NCBI RefSeq assembly: GCF_963921235.1
Contig: NC_086099.1
Span: 41,726,001-41,790,000, forward strand
DNA: 64,000 nucleotides
DNA from: Mobula hypostoma
Lineage: Eukaryota
Direction: 5' to 3'
Positions 12,529 to 25,214 of the stretch are shown here, in pieces. Numbering within the stretch: position 1 is the first letter of the stretch; each line of letters starts with the position of its first letter. The translations under genes and the position numbers were made by a program. The notes below the pieces were generated by a model that did not search any database, had not been told where the DNA came from, and worked only from the letters and a program-made list of their open reading frames with translations.

Positions 12529-14340
12529 GATTCTAAATCACACGTTTAGAATCATTACATCTGAAAATTTTGAGGTAGAAAAACTTGTGGTATCTACGCT
12601 AAGTATAAAATAATCAAAAACTTCCTGATTTATGGAAATATCAAAAGGTATTCATAGGATTATGTTATTGTTAGGTAGATTAGTAGTCACACCTACATGA
12701 GTTTGAACTATTCTATTAATGATCACTGCTATGCAAGTAAGAAGATGTAAATTATGATAAACCATATTAATAAATATTATGAATAAATATTGAGTACCCC
12801 AGCTTCCTAGACTTATATTAAATAATGAAGAAATTCCATCTATCAGATTGATGTATTTTAGCTGCTTCTTATGGAATATGATCAGCCAAATTAGTTATGT
12901 CTTCAGCCTCGTTAGGTATGTAAGTACAATACCCCTTGCCTGTAACTGTACATCTTCCTCCTTAACTGCTGAGATGATCTATTGCCATATGATTTTGAAG
13001 AACCATCTTACGTCTGGTGACTATTTCTGTTGTTGCTTTTCCCAAGGCATCAGCAGTGTCATTGCTTACCTTTTCTAAAGCTGCAGCAACATTTTAACCT
13101 CCCTTACACTCCTTGCAACACCATAAAATTGATGCAAAATGAGCTCCTTCAGAAAAGATCTTGTTTACTCCTAGATTTGGGAGGTTAAGTCTGTGTATGT
13201 TTCACAGCAGGAAAGACATACCCCAAATAGCAAGATAATAACCAATTAACACACACAAAATGCAGGAGGAACTCAGCAGCCAGGCAGCATCTATGGAAGT
13301 GTGTAAACAATCAATGTTTCAGGCCAAGACCCTTCATCAGGACCTGATGGTCTCAGCCCAAAATATCAACTGTTTACTCTTTTCCCCAGATGCTTCGTAG
13401 CCTGCTGAGATCCTCCAGCATTTTGTGTATGTTGCTTGGATTTCCTGCATCAGCAAAATTTCTATTATTTATGATCGTAACCAATTATGCGGAATAGAGG
13501 TGTAAGCCCCATTTTTGCATGTCAAGTACATATTGTTTCATAAACTTAGATCATTCCTTACTACTTGACAAGAACCCTGTGGAACTGCAATATTTTTCTG
13601 ATGGATATCGTCAATTAAAATTCCAGACCCATAATTGCATAAACTATGCCTGACTGGAATGGTACCTTCTGAACTCAAGCAGAAGGTAGCTTTTATAGTG
13701 AACACATGAAAAGATTGAATAATTTTGTCATGAACATTAGATGCAGATATAGAGGTATCCCAGGATAAGACGTGAGTAGGGTCAAATATCATATGATTCC
13801 CCAAATCATGCTGATTATATTTACATAAATAATCTAGTTCAAGATGGGATATGAGGGGCATTATCATTGTATATTGTCTCCCTTGAGAATGAATCATAGG
13901 CATAATGCCAATTTCATCACTGCTGGATTGTGATAATAATCTTTGCTTAAAAAAGAGGATGCATGTTCATTCTGGATCTGCAGGAACGCCTAGCATTGGT
14001 AAATATTTTGAAGTGTATGGTATATATTGGCATACCCAACAGCTAAAAGTGTTAACAGCCTTTAGTAAATTCATCCAATAATTGCAAGTATATAGTATGA
14101 GTCATTTCAATTGGCACATTTTGAGTAGGGAAAATTGGCAAAAATATAACACTCCGTAATGTCCAGTAGCTGTCAACTCTGAAGACCTCTGGATGGTTAG
14201 TGATTGTTCACTGTAGCCCAGCAACCTAGGCACTGAGTCAGATGTTACTGTCACAAGCTTGTGGTTCTTGTCGGTTACCACTTTTGGCTCACTTGCAGTG
14301 ACTGATGTGGATCCACTTACTTTTATCTTCTACCTTCATT
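12529..14340 (-). mobile_element. Decayed ERV internal region: integrase C-terminus + gamma-type env
   Basis: Minus-strand hand translation gives KVEDKSKWIHISHCK (WIHISHC 14315-14295), SU CWVC (14041-14030), ISD LQNHMAID (13000-12977) and GGRCTVTGKGYCTYIP (CX6CC-like, 12952-12926). Multiple stops and frameshifts. Confidence 0.85.
13249..13477. mobile_element. Palindromic Penelope-type short element with hammerhead-like core, inserted in env
   Basis: Inverted arms. 10-bp TSD TAACCAATTA (13239-13248 and 13478-13487). Minus-strand CTGATGA-agggtcttggcct-GAAAC at 13340-13316. Confidence 0.75.
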
Positions 14341-14359
14341 GTCAAATTAGTAATTAACA

Positions 14360-14670
14360 GCTAAGAGAAAATCTGCAGTTGCAGGAAATCAAAGTAATAC
14401 ACACAAAAAATGCTGGAGGAACTCAACAGGATGAAGGGTCTTGGCCTGAAACGACAACTGTTTAGGCACAGTTGTCTTAGTCTATTACTAAAAGTGCTCC
14501 TCTGTTCAGCCAAGGAGGCATGCAGAGGGTGAGAAACATTGTCCAGCATTACCAGAAATTTTCCGTAGGGTCCTTTGTTCTACCACAGTCTCCAGTGTGT
14601 CCAGTTTGACTCCTATATCAGAGCCAGCCTTTCTAATCAGTTTATTGAGCCTGTTGGCATCACCCATCAT
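14360..14670. mobile_element. Penelope-type fragment followed by a Rex1-type 3' fragment (minus)
   Basis: tgctggaggaactcaacaggatgaagggtcttggcctgaaac, then minus MLDNVSHPLH...RSTFSNRL, similar to the 29088 ORF. Confidence 0.6.
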
Positions 14671-14679
14671 CCTTCAGTG

Positions 14680-15120
14680 TCCTCTTCCAGGCCAATATCA
14701 ATACTGAGGCTTTACCTGTAGCTAGTTAGAAACGTTGGACAGCTCACATCATTGACATGGTTGACACCAGACATCCAAAACAGATGCTCTATTCCAAGCT
14801 CTATCATGGAAAAATACTCAAAAATGTGCTCGGAGTGCCTTGAAGAAATGCAGCAGACCCTCTGACTCCGAGGATCCTCTAGCCCATGATCACTGAGAGA
14901 AGAGAAAGAGGATTTTGGATGAAATTGAGAACCTCAGAGCAATGCACTGGGAATATACAGAAGTTCTGCTTACGTGGTGAAAAGCAGCAACTAATTATCC
15001 CCCTTGCCCTGTCATCCACCAGCTAGCCTATCCATGGAAGTATAATGCTGGCTTCATTAACCACTTCAGAACCCCCAAACCCAGAATAGAGGTAATCCAT
15101 CCTCAATTGTAAATGTTAGC
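14680..15120 (+). mobile_element. Degenerate RTE 3' fragment
   Basis: gacaccagacatccaaaacagatgctctattccaagct resembles the RLPKQLLYGEL region of the RTE at 38888-43154. Confidence 0.45.
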
Positions 15121-15399
15121 ATGAGAAGGAAAAGGGTTTTTATTGTGTCTCTTCATTTCCCCAATACCTCTATTGTACTTCCACTTTCCAGAAAAAAGTT
15201 AAGTAATAGAAATCATAAGCACAACACATGTAAAGTGCTGGAGGAACTTAAGTAATAGAAGTAATAGAAATAGTGCTGTTGCAAATCAGAATCAGGTTTA
15301 ATATCACTGGCATATGTCGTGAAAATTGTTAATTTTGCTTGAGCAGTTCAATGCAATACATGATAACATCAAAAAGGAACTGTGAATTACAATAAGAAT

Positions 15400-18148
15400 T
15401 TTTTTATCGCCCATTATGGGTGGTCTGTATGTGTATTTTTCCTTCAATCACAGGTCCTCTACCAGAGGTCTGGGAGCTTGAGGGTTTGGTGCAGTATCCT
15501 TCCCGTTCCTGGTAGGGCGCTCTTCTAGACCGAGATCTCAGATGTTGTTCACTGGATTTGTTGAGCTACTCTCCCAGGCTATCACAGCTCCAAGTGCTCC
15601 TATCACCACCAGAATTACTCTGGCTTTAACCTTCCACATCGTTTTTATCTGCTCTTTCAAGCCCTCGTACTTCTCCAGATTCTCATATTCGTTCTTCCTG
15701 ATGTTACTGTCATTCAAGATTGTCACATCTATTACATGTTTGTATGTCTTCCAATTCAAGATCCTCTGTTGACAATGGTTGATCGCTAGGTTACCAGCTG
15801 TTTTTCCATGACTGCGAATGAAGATCTTCATTGTTACCAGAGTCCAAACATGTGCTTGTTGTATCCTCTTTCACGTGGGTTGCTGTTAAAGTAGCATCCA
15901 TGTTGTTCAGTCTCATCCATTTATGGTTTGTTCAGGTAACGAATTTATCATGAGATGGTTCTGCAAGTAAAAGCAAAAGAGAGGGCATACAAGGAAGCCA
16001 GAGCTAGTGGGAAGATAGAGGATTGGGAAGCTTTTAAAAACTTGCAGAAGGAAACTAAGAAGGTCATTCGGAAGGAAAAGGTGAATTATGAAAGGAAGCT
16101 GGCGACTAATATCAAAGAAAATACTAAAAGCTTTTTTAAGTATATAAAGGGTAAAAGAGAGTCGAGGGTAGATATAGGACCAATACAAAATGATGCTGGA
16201 GATATTGTAATGAGAGATGCAGAGATGGCAGAGGAACTGAATGCGTAATTTGCATCAGTCTTCACAGTGGAAGATGTCTGCAGTATACTGGACATCCAAG
16301 AGTGTCAGGGAAGTGAAGTTTGTGCAGTGAAAATTACGACTGAGAAGGTGCTCAGGAAGCTTAATGGTCTGAGGGTGGATAAATCTCCTGGACCTGATGG
16401 AATGCACCCTTGGGTTCTGAAGGAAGTAGCTGGAGAGATTGTGGAGGCGTTAACGATGATCTTTCAAGAATCGATAGATTCTGGCATTGTACCAGATGAC
16501 TAGAAAATTGCAAATGTTACTCCACTATTTAAGAAGGGTGGGAGGCAAGAGAAAGGAAACTATAGACCTGTTAGCTTGACATCAGTGGTTGGGAAGTTGT
16601 TGGAATCGATTGTTAGGGATGAGATTATGGAGTACCTGGAGGCACATGAGAGGATAGACCAAAGCCAGCATGGTTTCCTGAAAAGAAAATCCTGCCTGAC
16701 TAACCTACTGCAATTTTTTGAGGAAATTACAAGCAGGGTAGACAAAGGAGATGCAGTAGACATGATGTACTTGGATTTTCAGAAGGCCTTTGATAAGAGC
16801 CCATGGAATTACAGGGAAGTTACTAGCGTGGATGGAGCATTGACTGGTCGGCAGAAAACAGAAAGTGGGAATAAATGAATCCTATTCTGGCTGGTTTGGG
16901 TTACCAGTGAAGTTCCACAGGGGTCGGTGTTGGGACCGCTGCTTTTTACGATGTATGTCAATGATTTGGACTATGATGTTAATGTATTTGTGGCTAAATT
17001 TGCCGATGATACAAAGATAGGTGGAGGAGCGGGTAGTGTTGTGGAAACAGAGAGCCTGCAGAGAGACCTAGATAGTTTAGGGGAATAGGCAAGGAAGTGG
17101 CAAATGAAATACAATGTTGGAAAGTGTATGGTCATGCACTTCGGTGGAAGAAATAAACAGGCAGACTGTTATGTAGATGAGGAGAGAATTCAAAATGCAG
17201 AGATGCAAAGGGACTTAGGAGTCCTTGTGCAAGATACCCTAAAGGTTAACCTCCCGGTTGAGTTGATTGAGAAGAAGGAGAATGCAATGTTGGCATTCAT
17301 TTCTAGGGGTATAGAATATAAGAGCAGGGATGTGATGTTGAGGTTTTATAAGGCACTTGTGAGACCACACTTGGAGTATTGTGTGCAGATTTAGGCTCCT
17401 TATTTTAGAAAGGATATACTGACATTGGAGAGGATTCAGAGAAGACTCACAAGAATGATTCCAAGAATGAAAGGGTTACCATATGAAGAATGTCTGGCAG
17501 CTCTTGAGCTGTATTCCCTGGAGTTCAGGAGAATGAGAGGGGGATCTCATAGAAACATTCCGAATGTTAAAAGGCCTGAACAGATTAGATATGGCAAAGT
17601 TATTTCCCATGGTAGGGGATTCTAGAACAGGTGGGCACGACCTCAGGATTGAAGGACGTCCTTTTAGAACTGAGATGCAGAGAAATTACTTTAGTCAGAG
17701 GATGGTAAATCTGTGGAATTTGTTGCCATGAGTGGCTGTGGAGGCCAAGTCACTGGGTGTATATAAGGCAGAGATAGATAAGTTCTTGATTAGCCAGGGC
17801 ATCAAAAGGTATGGGGTGAAAGCAGGGGATTGGGGATGACTGGAAGAATTGGATCAGCCCATGATTAAATAGCAGAGCAGACTCGATGGGCTGAATGGCC
17901 TACTTCTGCTCCTATATCTTATGGTCTTATGGTTCCCCAACCATTGCCATGGATATTGTTAATCTGGGAGACATCCAAGCTGGCATGACTCTTCTTGTTC
18001 TTGTCACCCTCTTCTGGAGGTTTTTGTGGGCAGTTGTAGTGTAAGCATAATGGGTCCAGCCCAAGATCCCTACCGGGATGCCACCACTGGGACCTGAACC
18101 GTGGGCCCCCATGCCGCAGAGCCCAGACAGTTCCCAGTGTCAGCCTCT
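15400..18148 (-). mobile_element. Internally deleted R4/Dong (Rex6-like) RLE retroposon, split by a CR1
   Basis: ORF 15538-15831 IDVTILNDSNIRKNEYENLEKYEGLKEQIKTMWKVKARVILVVIGALGAV fits the R4-clade restriction-like endonuclease end. The 5' part is at about 17935-18148, next to (TA)n. Confidence 0.7.
15929..17926 (+). mobile_element. CR1-type LINE, 5'-truncated, decayed ORF2
   Basis: KSPGPDGMHP, QHGFLK..SCLTNL, FADDTK and RPHLEYC motifs. (TCTTATGG) tail. TSD TTATGGTT at 15921-15928 and 17927-17934. Confidence 0.92.
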
Positions 18149-20959
18149 ATTATATATATAAATTAGTTAAATTAAATAAGTGGTGCAAAAACAAAAATAA
18201 AAAAGTAGTTAAGTACTGTTCATGGGTTTAATGTCTATTCGGAGAATCAGATGGCAGAGGGGAAGAAGCTGCTCCTTGAATGTGTGCCATCAGGCTTCTG
18301 TACCTCCCTCCTGATGACAACAATGCCCTGGGTGGTGTGGATCCTTAATGATGGAGCCACTTTTTGAGGCACTGCTCCCTGAAAATGTCCTGGATAGTAT
18401 GAAGGCTAGTGCCCATGATGGGGCTGACTAATTTTACAACTGTCTGCAGCTTACTTTGATCTTGTGCATTAGCCTCTCCAAACTAGACTGTGAAGCAGCC
18501 AGTTAGATCTGTAGAAATTTGCGAGTGTTTTAGGTGACATACTAAGTCTCCTCAAGCTCCTAATGAAATATAGCTGCTGTCGTGCTTCTTTATAACTGCA
18601 TTGATATGTTTGGACCAGGTTAGGTCCTCAGAAATATTAACACCCAGGAACTTGAAATTGCTCACTCTCTCCACTTCTGATTCTTCTATGAGGACTGGTG
18701 TCTATTCCCTCGTCTTACCCTTTCTGAAGTCCACAATCAGCTTATTAAAATTAAAAGGTATAATTAGAATTTATAAGAGCAGAGGTGTTTCCAGGAAAAT
18801 AGTAGAGAGAAAGGAGGAAGAATGGAAAATCAGACAAAATTCAGGTGGTTCCCATGACCCAGAGCTTGTTGCAGAATCCATACACTTTCACTATCCCTGT
18901 AGATCCACTGTGTCTAGCTTGCACTGCCAGCATCAGCTGTCCTGTTCTTATGGACAAGGTCTGATTGTGTGATAAATGTCAGCGCTAGGGGGCAGCAAAG
19001 GATTTAGTGACAGATGATGTTCCTTGAAGCATGTGATGAATTTCAATGAGAATTCTGTCTGAATCAATGCACCAGTCGTCCAAGAGTTTCACAACTTCTG
19101 TATTTTTAACTCATGTTATATACTGTAAAGTATTACTTTAAACTAATTTCCCTTTTTAATGAGCTAAAGGAACGCAGCAAAATAAACCAAATTAATTAGG
19201 TTTTACACTTCCACAGATCTTCATTGGTATTCGTGTCTTCATTTGTGCTGGTGATATTAAACCTGATTCTGAAGCTTGGATGTGTCACCGGCTTTTTATA
19301 GCACACCAGAGGTAATGAGGTAAAAATAAAATCTAGAAATTTAACTACATAGGATTGCCTTAGTTAGTGTCACATGCATGGAATCTGACAATTACTACGG
19401 TGCAATATGGTTATATTACATCCTGGTCAACTTAGGCCATTCCAGAATTTTACCCAGGCATCTTCCTCACTAATCAGCAATGTCCTAGAGGGAGACCATA
19501 AAACACAAATCTCATACAATGCTAGTTTAGAGCACTGTCAGGAAAACAACAGGTTGCAGTGTTCCAAAGTCACTTATTATTGGGCACTAACAAGCCAATT
19601 GGATTAATGGTTTCTCTTATACTGCAGTTGCACAACCTGAAAGAATTTCCCTGAGCAGGACCCATCCCAACCTGTTGACCACCAAACCCTGACCACCAGT
19701 TGCAGGTCCTTTCCCCATCCTGAACTGCTGCTTGCATTTGTTTGGATACTGCCAAGTAGTTGGATTCTTGCCACTCAGCAGTATCCAATCCTTGCCCTGA
19801 CCTTCGAATCTCCAACCAGCCCAATCCTCCTCCCCACCATCCTACACTTTGCTTTACCACTTTAGGCTTGCATTGCCACTGAATTTGCAAGAAATGAAAC
19901 AGTTATACCATCAATTAGAAGCAACTCTATAATACATTTCTAGTCTCAAAAGTTTCTGTTTAGTTATCCAGGACACACTTTTGCAATTCTGAATTCGCTA
20001 GATGTTTTCAAATCCATGAGCATAACAGTTTGCATGGACCAGATTCAAGGTTTTAACCAAAATTACAAGCTAGAATCAAAAGTATAAGCAAGAAGACCCT
20101 TTGATTTACATTAGATTTGCCACAGCACTGCACATTTCTTTGGAAACTCTCCAAAGGAGAGCAGAACGCATATGAGACAGTGAGCAACATCTCACTTCCT
20201 GGCCACTGCTCTAGTAATCTGGTGTGGACTACCCCTTCTGGGCATCAGCAATAAATGCTGGTCTTCTGATGGCATCTAGACTCCTTCAGTTTGAAATGTT
20301 AGTTCTGAATCTCACTCTGCAGATGTATCCTGGACTGCTGAGTGTTTCCAGCATTTTCTCATTTTATTTCTGATTTCCAGTATCTGCAGTTATTTTTGTA
20401 TATTTTCATCAGCAATAGATTGATCTATTGAGACTTGGAGATATCTTGACCTAGGGTTCTGCATGACTGCAGTGTCTGAAAACTGAATGTGATGAAGGAC
20501 AAGTCAGGTAGAATGGAGAGATTTCAGCAGTTTGTCCTGAGCATGAAGGCATGATGTACCAATACTGAGAAAAGAAGATCGATTAGTTAGGATTATCTAT
20601 ACAACACTGGCATAGCTATCCACTCCCTTGTGAACTCAAGTTGTATTTCTTATTCTTTTCATCATACGCAAACTTTGGCTCACAGACTCACCCAGTGTGG
20701 AGGCAGAAGGAAGTTAGCGAACATTGTACAATTGGGGTGTTACTTTCACGGCCTCGGAACACTCTTGTCTTCATAACCTCCCTTCTTTTGTCAGAAGTGT
20801 CTCACTGTTGATCTCTTCTGCAAATTTCTATTTTAAAGACAGTCCTTGGAAAAGTAATGAAAAGATGTCACTTCCTATCTTTGGAATTAGTTATTGTTTT
20901 GACTTGTTGCTAAATATTTGCCTTTTTTGGCAATATCATCCGAATCCTGCAAGAGGCTC

Positions 20960-21440
20960 CGGCACCCTTCACTCCTCTCTCCATGGCACCAGAGTCTCTC
21001 GCTGTACCACGGTTTGCCTAATTTAAATGCCGGCCCAGATAGACTGAAAAGTCAGGGTGTTGGGATCTGGGGTGAGAGCCAATAGTGACTCCTCTCGCTT
21101 TGGTGCTCAGTCTATGAAGACTGCCCGAGCTGTTGCGCTCTGTGCCCGCTAACATGATGAACTGATAAGTGAGGCTTTGGGCCTACTTTGGGCTGCTCTG
21201 GGGTTCATTTCTGAGGACTCAGTTTTGGTTTGGAATGTTGTTGTTTGCTTCAATTGTTTGCATGATTTGTGTTTTTTTTTCTTTCTCTTGCATGGTGGGT
21301 TTTGGTCTTCGATATTTAAAATTTTTATTCTTATTTTTCCCTATTGTGATCTTTTGGGTTTCTTGCTTTGTGGCTACCTGTGAGCAAACGCATCCCAAGG
21401 TTGTATAATTTATGCGTTATTTGATAATAAATGTACTTGG
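20960..21440 (+). mobile_element. SINE-like repeat with ...tttgataataaatgtactt tail
   Basis: Tail shared with about 8250-8290. T-rich body. Confidence 0.4.
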
Positions 21441-21559
21441 TTGAAAAATAATACTGTTATGGTCAAATAAATATAGATTAATCTCTTACTTTGGAGAGTT
21501 TTCCAGTAATGATTTTATAATATCTAAGTTTGGTTTGGTCATTGCTTGTTATAATGTAG

Positions 21560-21870
21560 AAACTGCCTCACAGTACAGTAGACATGGGTTTAAGCCTGAC
21601 CTTCGGCTGTGTCACTCTCCCTCTCCCCACATGAGTTTCCTCTGGTGTTCCAGTTTCTTCACACATCCCAAACATATACACACTGTTATGTTAACGGGCC
21701 ACTGTGAAATGTCTCAATTGTGCAGTGCAGGGTTGGACATAGGGATGAGTTGACGAGAATGTAGAGAAGTTATAAAAATGGGAATTTTCCAGGATTAATG
21801 TGAAAGGATGATAATTGTCCACAGGACTCGGTGAGCTGAAGGGCCTGGTTCTATGTTCTATATCTTTCTC
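21560..21870 (+). mobile_element. tRNA-derived V-SINE/HE1-like SINE
   Basis: V-domain-like gagtttcctctggtgttccagtttcttcacacatcccaaa, plus a CR1-like 3' end (gctgaagggcctggttctatg). Confidence 0.6.
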
Positions 21871-22527
21871 TGTGATTTTAATTGCAGTTAATTGAGATAT
21901 TTTGTTAGAGAGATCAGAAGTCAGATTTATTTGTCACATGTACATTGAAACATCAAAACATACAGGAAAGTGCATTGTTTGTGTCAAATCAAATCTGCAA
22001 GGATTGTGCTGGGCATCCACAAGCTTTGCCATACTTCTGTTGCCAACGCTGCGTGCCTTCAACTCAGAAACCCTAACCCTACATCTTCAGAACGTGGGAG
22101 GAAACTGGATCACCTGGAGGAAACCCATGCGGTCATAAGGAGAACAAACTCCTTACAGCGGGAATTGAACCCCACGTGTTGCCCCTCACGTACAATAGTT
22201 CATATCATATATGATACCTCACAACAACAAAGGCAGTCATTCCCAGATTTCCTGAATGTAATTCTGACTTACTCGGCCTTGGTAAAATATGCACCACCTC
22301 CATATGTTCATAAACAACTTTTGAAATCAAGTGCTGCTAAAGATTTTGCTGCGTTGGGCTGCCCTGGGAACTCTCAAAGATTGGCCACACACTTTTAATC
22401 ACTAATGTAACCTTCAACCATCTTCCTCTGCCTTCTATTCACAATCAATTTTGGATCCTCTTTACCAAATCATCATCGATCTAATGGGCTCTTAGATTTG
22501 GAGCCCTATCAAAAGTTTTAGCGAAGA

Positions 22528-23060
22528 GTGAGGGCCTCCGTTTGTCAGAGTTGACTATGAATGTTGCGTCCCTAGTTGTCTAGATGTGCAAGCCTGGGCA
22601 GTATGATATGGAGAGTGAGCTCCCCCTCTCTGCACATCTGGTGACCCAAAGGAACGGCACAGACCAATACAGTTTGGTACCAGAAGCGTTGCAGCAGTTG
22701 TCACTCCACATTGAACTCAATGTAGGACTGCCTTAGGGACTCCAGCTCCAGATTTTTCCCTTGGGGTTTAATCCCAAAGCCTTCCCCATGAGTGGGTATA
22801 GCCTCAAGGCAGCAAAGGTTTGAGATCAAAGTTTTCTTTCTCCTAGATGAGCTGCCAACCACAGTTAATGAGCCCCATCTGCCCAAAACGACTGGTTTTA
22901 AGGTGCCAGTAACCCACCTTTGCCCCTGTGGTCAGTAGAAACGGTTCTGCCAGGCTTAGTAGCTAAGCCAGACATGAAGGCCAGGAGCTAGACTTGGTTG
23001 TCAGAGGCTATTTGAAGAGCTGCTATTGGGAGTACTTAATAGGTAGTGGGAGCTTGTCTT
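22528..23060 (-). mobile_element. Non-autonomous retroposon (probably RTE-related), second copy
   Basis: Collinear with 7548-8220. Confidence 0.55.
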
Positions 23061-23184
23061 ACTGAAGACCATCTAGAATAGATCAACCATGCCATACTCA
23101 TTGACTCGCTCTTCAGAAACTTTCAATCAAATTAATCAGATAGAAGCTCTGCTTAACGAAGATGAGGTGAGTATTCTAAAGTTA

Positions 23185-24715
23185 TAGTTCAAAGTTCAAT
23201 GTAAATTTTTTAAATCAAAGTACATATATGCCACCATATACAACCCTGAGATTCATTTTCTCGTGGGCATACACAACAAATCTATAGAATATTAACTGTA
23301 ATAGGATCAATAAAAGATCAACCATAGTTGAGAAGACAACAAATTGCAAATACAAATATAAATAGCAATAAATAATGAGAAAATTAGATAATATTCATGA
23401 ACAGTCCTTAAAGTGAGACCATTAGTTGTGGGAACATTTCAATGGATGGGCAACTGAGTGCCGTTAACCCCTTTTGTTCAAAAGCCTGATGGTCAGGGGG
23501 TAGTAACTGTTTTTGAACCTGGTGATGCGAGTCCTGAGGCTCTTGTACCTTATATAGCATGGCCTGGGTGCTGACGATCTCTGATGGTGGATGCTGCTTG
23601 CCTACGACTGTGTTTCATGTAGATGTGCTCAATGGTTGGGAGGGTTTTACCTGTGATGTACAGGGCCGAATCCACTACCTTTTGTAAGATTTTCCTTCAA
23701 AGGCATTGGTGTTTTCATACCAGGCCATGATACAGCCAGTCAATACACTCTCCACTACACAACCATGGAAGTTGGTCAATGTTTTAGATGTCATGCCGAA
23801 ACTCTGCAGACTTAAGGAAGTAAAGGTGCTGCCGTGCCTTCTTCACATTTTCACTTAAGTGCCACGTCCAGGACAGATCCTCTGAAACAATAACACCCAG
23901 GAATGTAAAGTCGCTCACCCCCCTCTGACCCTCCAATGAGGTCTGGCTTATGGACCTCTGGTTTTCCTCTCCGGAAGTCTACAATTAGTTCCTTAGTCTT
24001 GTTGTCATGAGAGGTTGTTGTTATGACTCCACTCAGCCAGATTTTCAATCTCCCTCCTGTATGCTGATTCATCACCACCTTCGATTTGGCCTACAACAGT
24101 GGTGTGATCAGCAAACTTTTAAATGGCATTGGAGCGATGCTTAGCCACACAGTCATAGGTGTAAAGTGAGAAGAGCAGGGGGTACGTACACAGCCCTGTG
24201 GTGCATCTGTGCTGATGGAGATTGTGGAGGAGATGTTGTTGCCAATCTGAACTGACTGGGTTCTACAAGTGAGGAAATCCAGGATCCAATTGTACAAGGA
24301 AGTATTGAGTCCAAGATCTTGGAGCTTATTGTTTCATTTTGAGGGGGTGATGGTATTAAATGCTAAGCTGTAGTTGATAAAGAGCATCCTGACGTATGCA
24401 TCTTCGCTGTCCAGGTCTTACAGTGTTGAATGAGGCGCCAATGAGATGGCATCTGCTGTGGATCTGTTGTTCCAGTCGGCAAATTGGAGCAGATCCAAGT
24501 CACCTCTCAAGCAGGAGCTGATATGTTTCATCACCACCTTCTCAAAACACTTCATCACTATGTGTGTAAGGGCAACTGGGTGATAGTCATTGAGACAGAT
24601 CACCATGCTCTTCTTGGTTATGAGTATAATTGAAGCCTGCTTGAAGCAGGAGAGTACCAAACACTGCTGGAGTGAGAGGTTAGAGAAATCCGTGAACACA
24701 CCATCCAGTACTCTG
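23185..24715 (-). mobile_element. Rex1/Babar LINE fragment
   Basis: Minus ORFs contain FKQASIIL, LNDYHPVALT, WILDFLT, APQGCV and TKELIVDFRR. Confidence 0.85.
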
Positions 24716-25214
24716 ACTATCCTGATCAATCCCCGCCTCTCTAAGTACAAATCAACACTGTCCCTCGATTTTTCCCCAATAATTATCCCAACGCTGATGT
24801 TATACGCTGGTCTCCAAATTACGTAGATAATCCATGCTGCCTTTCTTGAACAAAGACATCATATTCTCTGTTCTCCATTTCTTCTGTGGTCAGTGAAGAT
24901 TTGAAAATCTATATCAAGAGCCCTAGCAGTCTCTTTCTATTACAACGTGCGATTCACCTCTTTACCCTGGGGACTTTTTCACATTTGAAGCCATTTAATA
25001 GCACTATTGTGAAGACAATTTGTTCTAGAATTCCAATGGCCCCTTCCTAATTTCCTAACTACTATGCCCTTCTCCATCATGAATACAGATGAAAAGTATT
25101 CATTCAAGATCTTGCCAACGTAATTTACCTCAATGCACAGATATCCCCGTTAGGTCCCTAATGGGCCCCACTCTTTCCTTAATTCCCTACGTCTCTACTA
25201 TATTAATATTGATA

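Larger units (their letters stand above)
15286..18745 (-). mobile_element. Rex1/Babar 3' fragment split into about 15286-15400 and 18150-18745 by nested insertions
   Basis: Tail aatcagaatcaggtttaatatcac at 15286. The body at 18150-18745 is the reverse complement of about 9985-10560. Confidence 0.7.

Noticed and set aside
12529-14340. Domesticated syncytin-like env gene
   Set aside because: Multiple stops and frameshifts, a TE insertion, and a mutated CX6CC.
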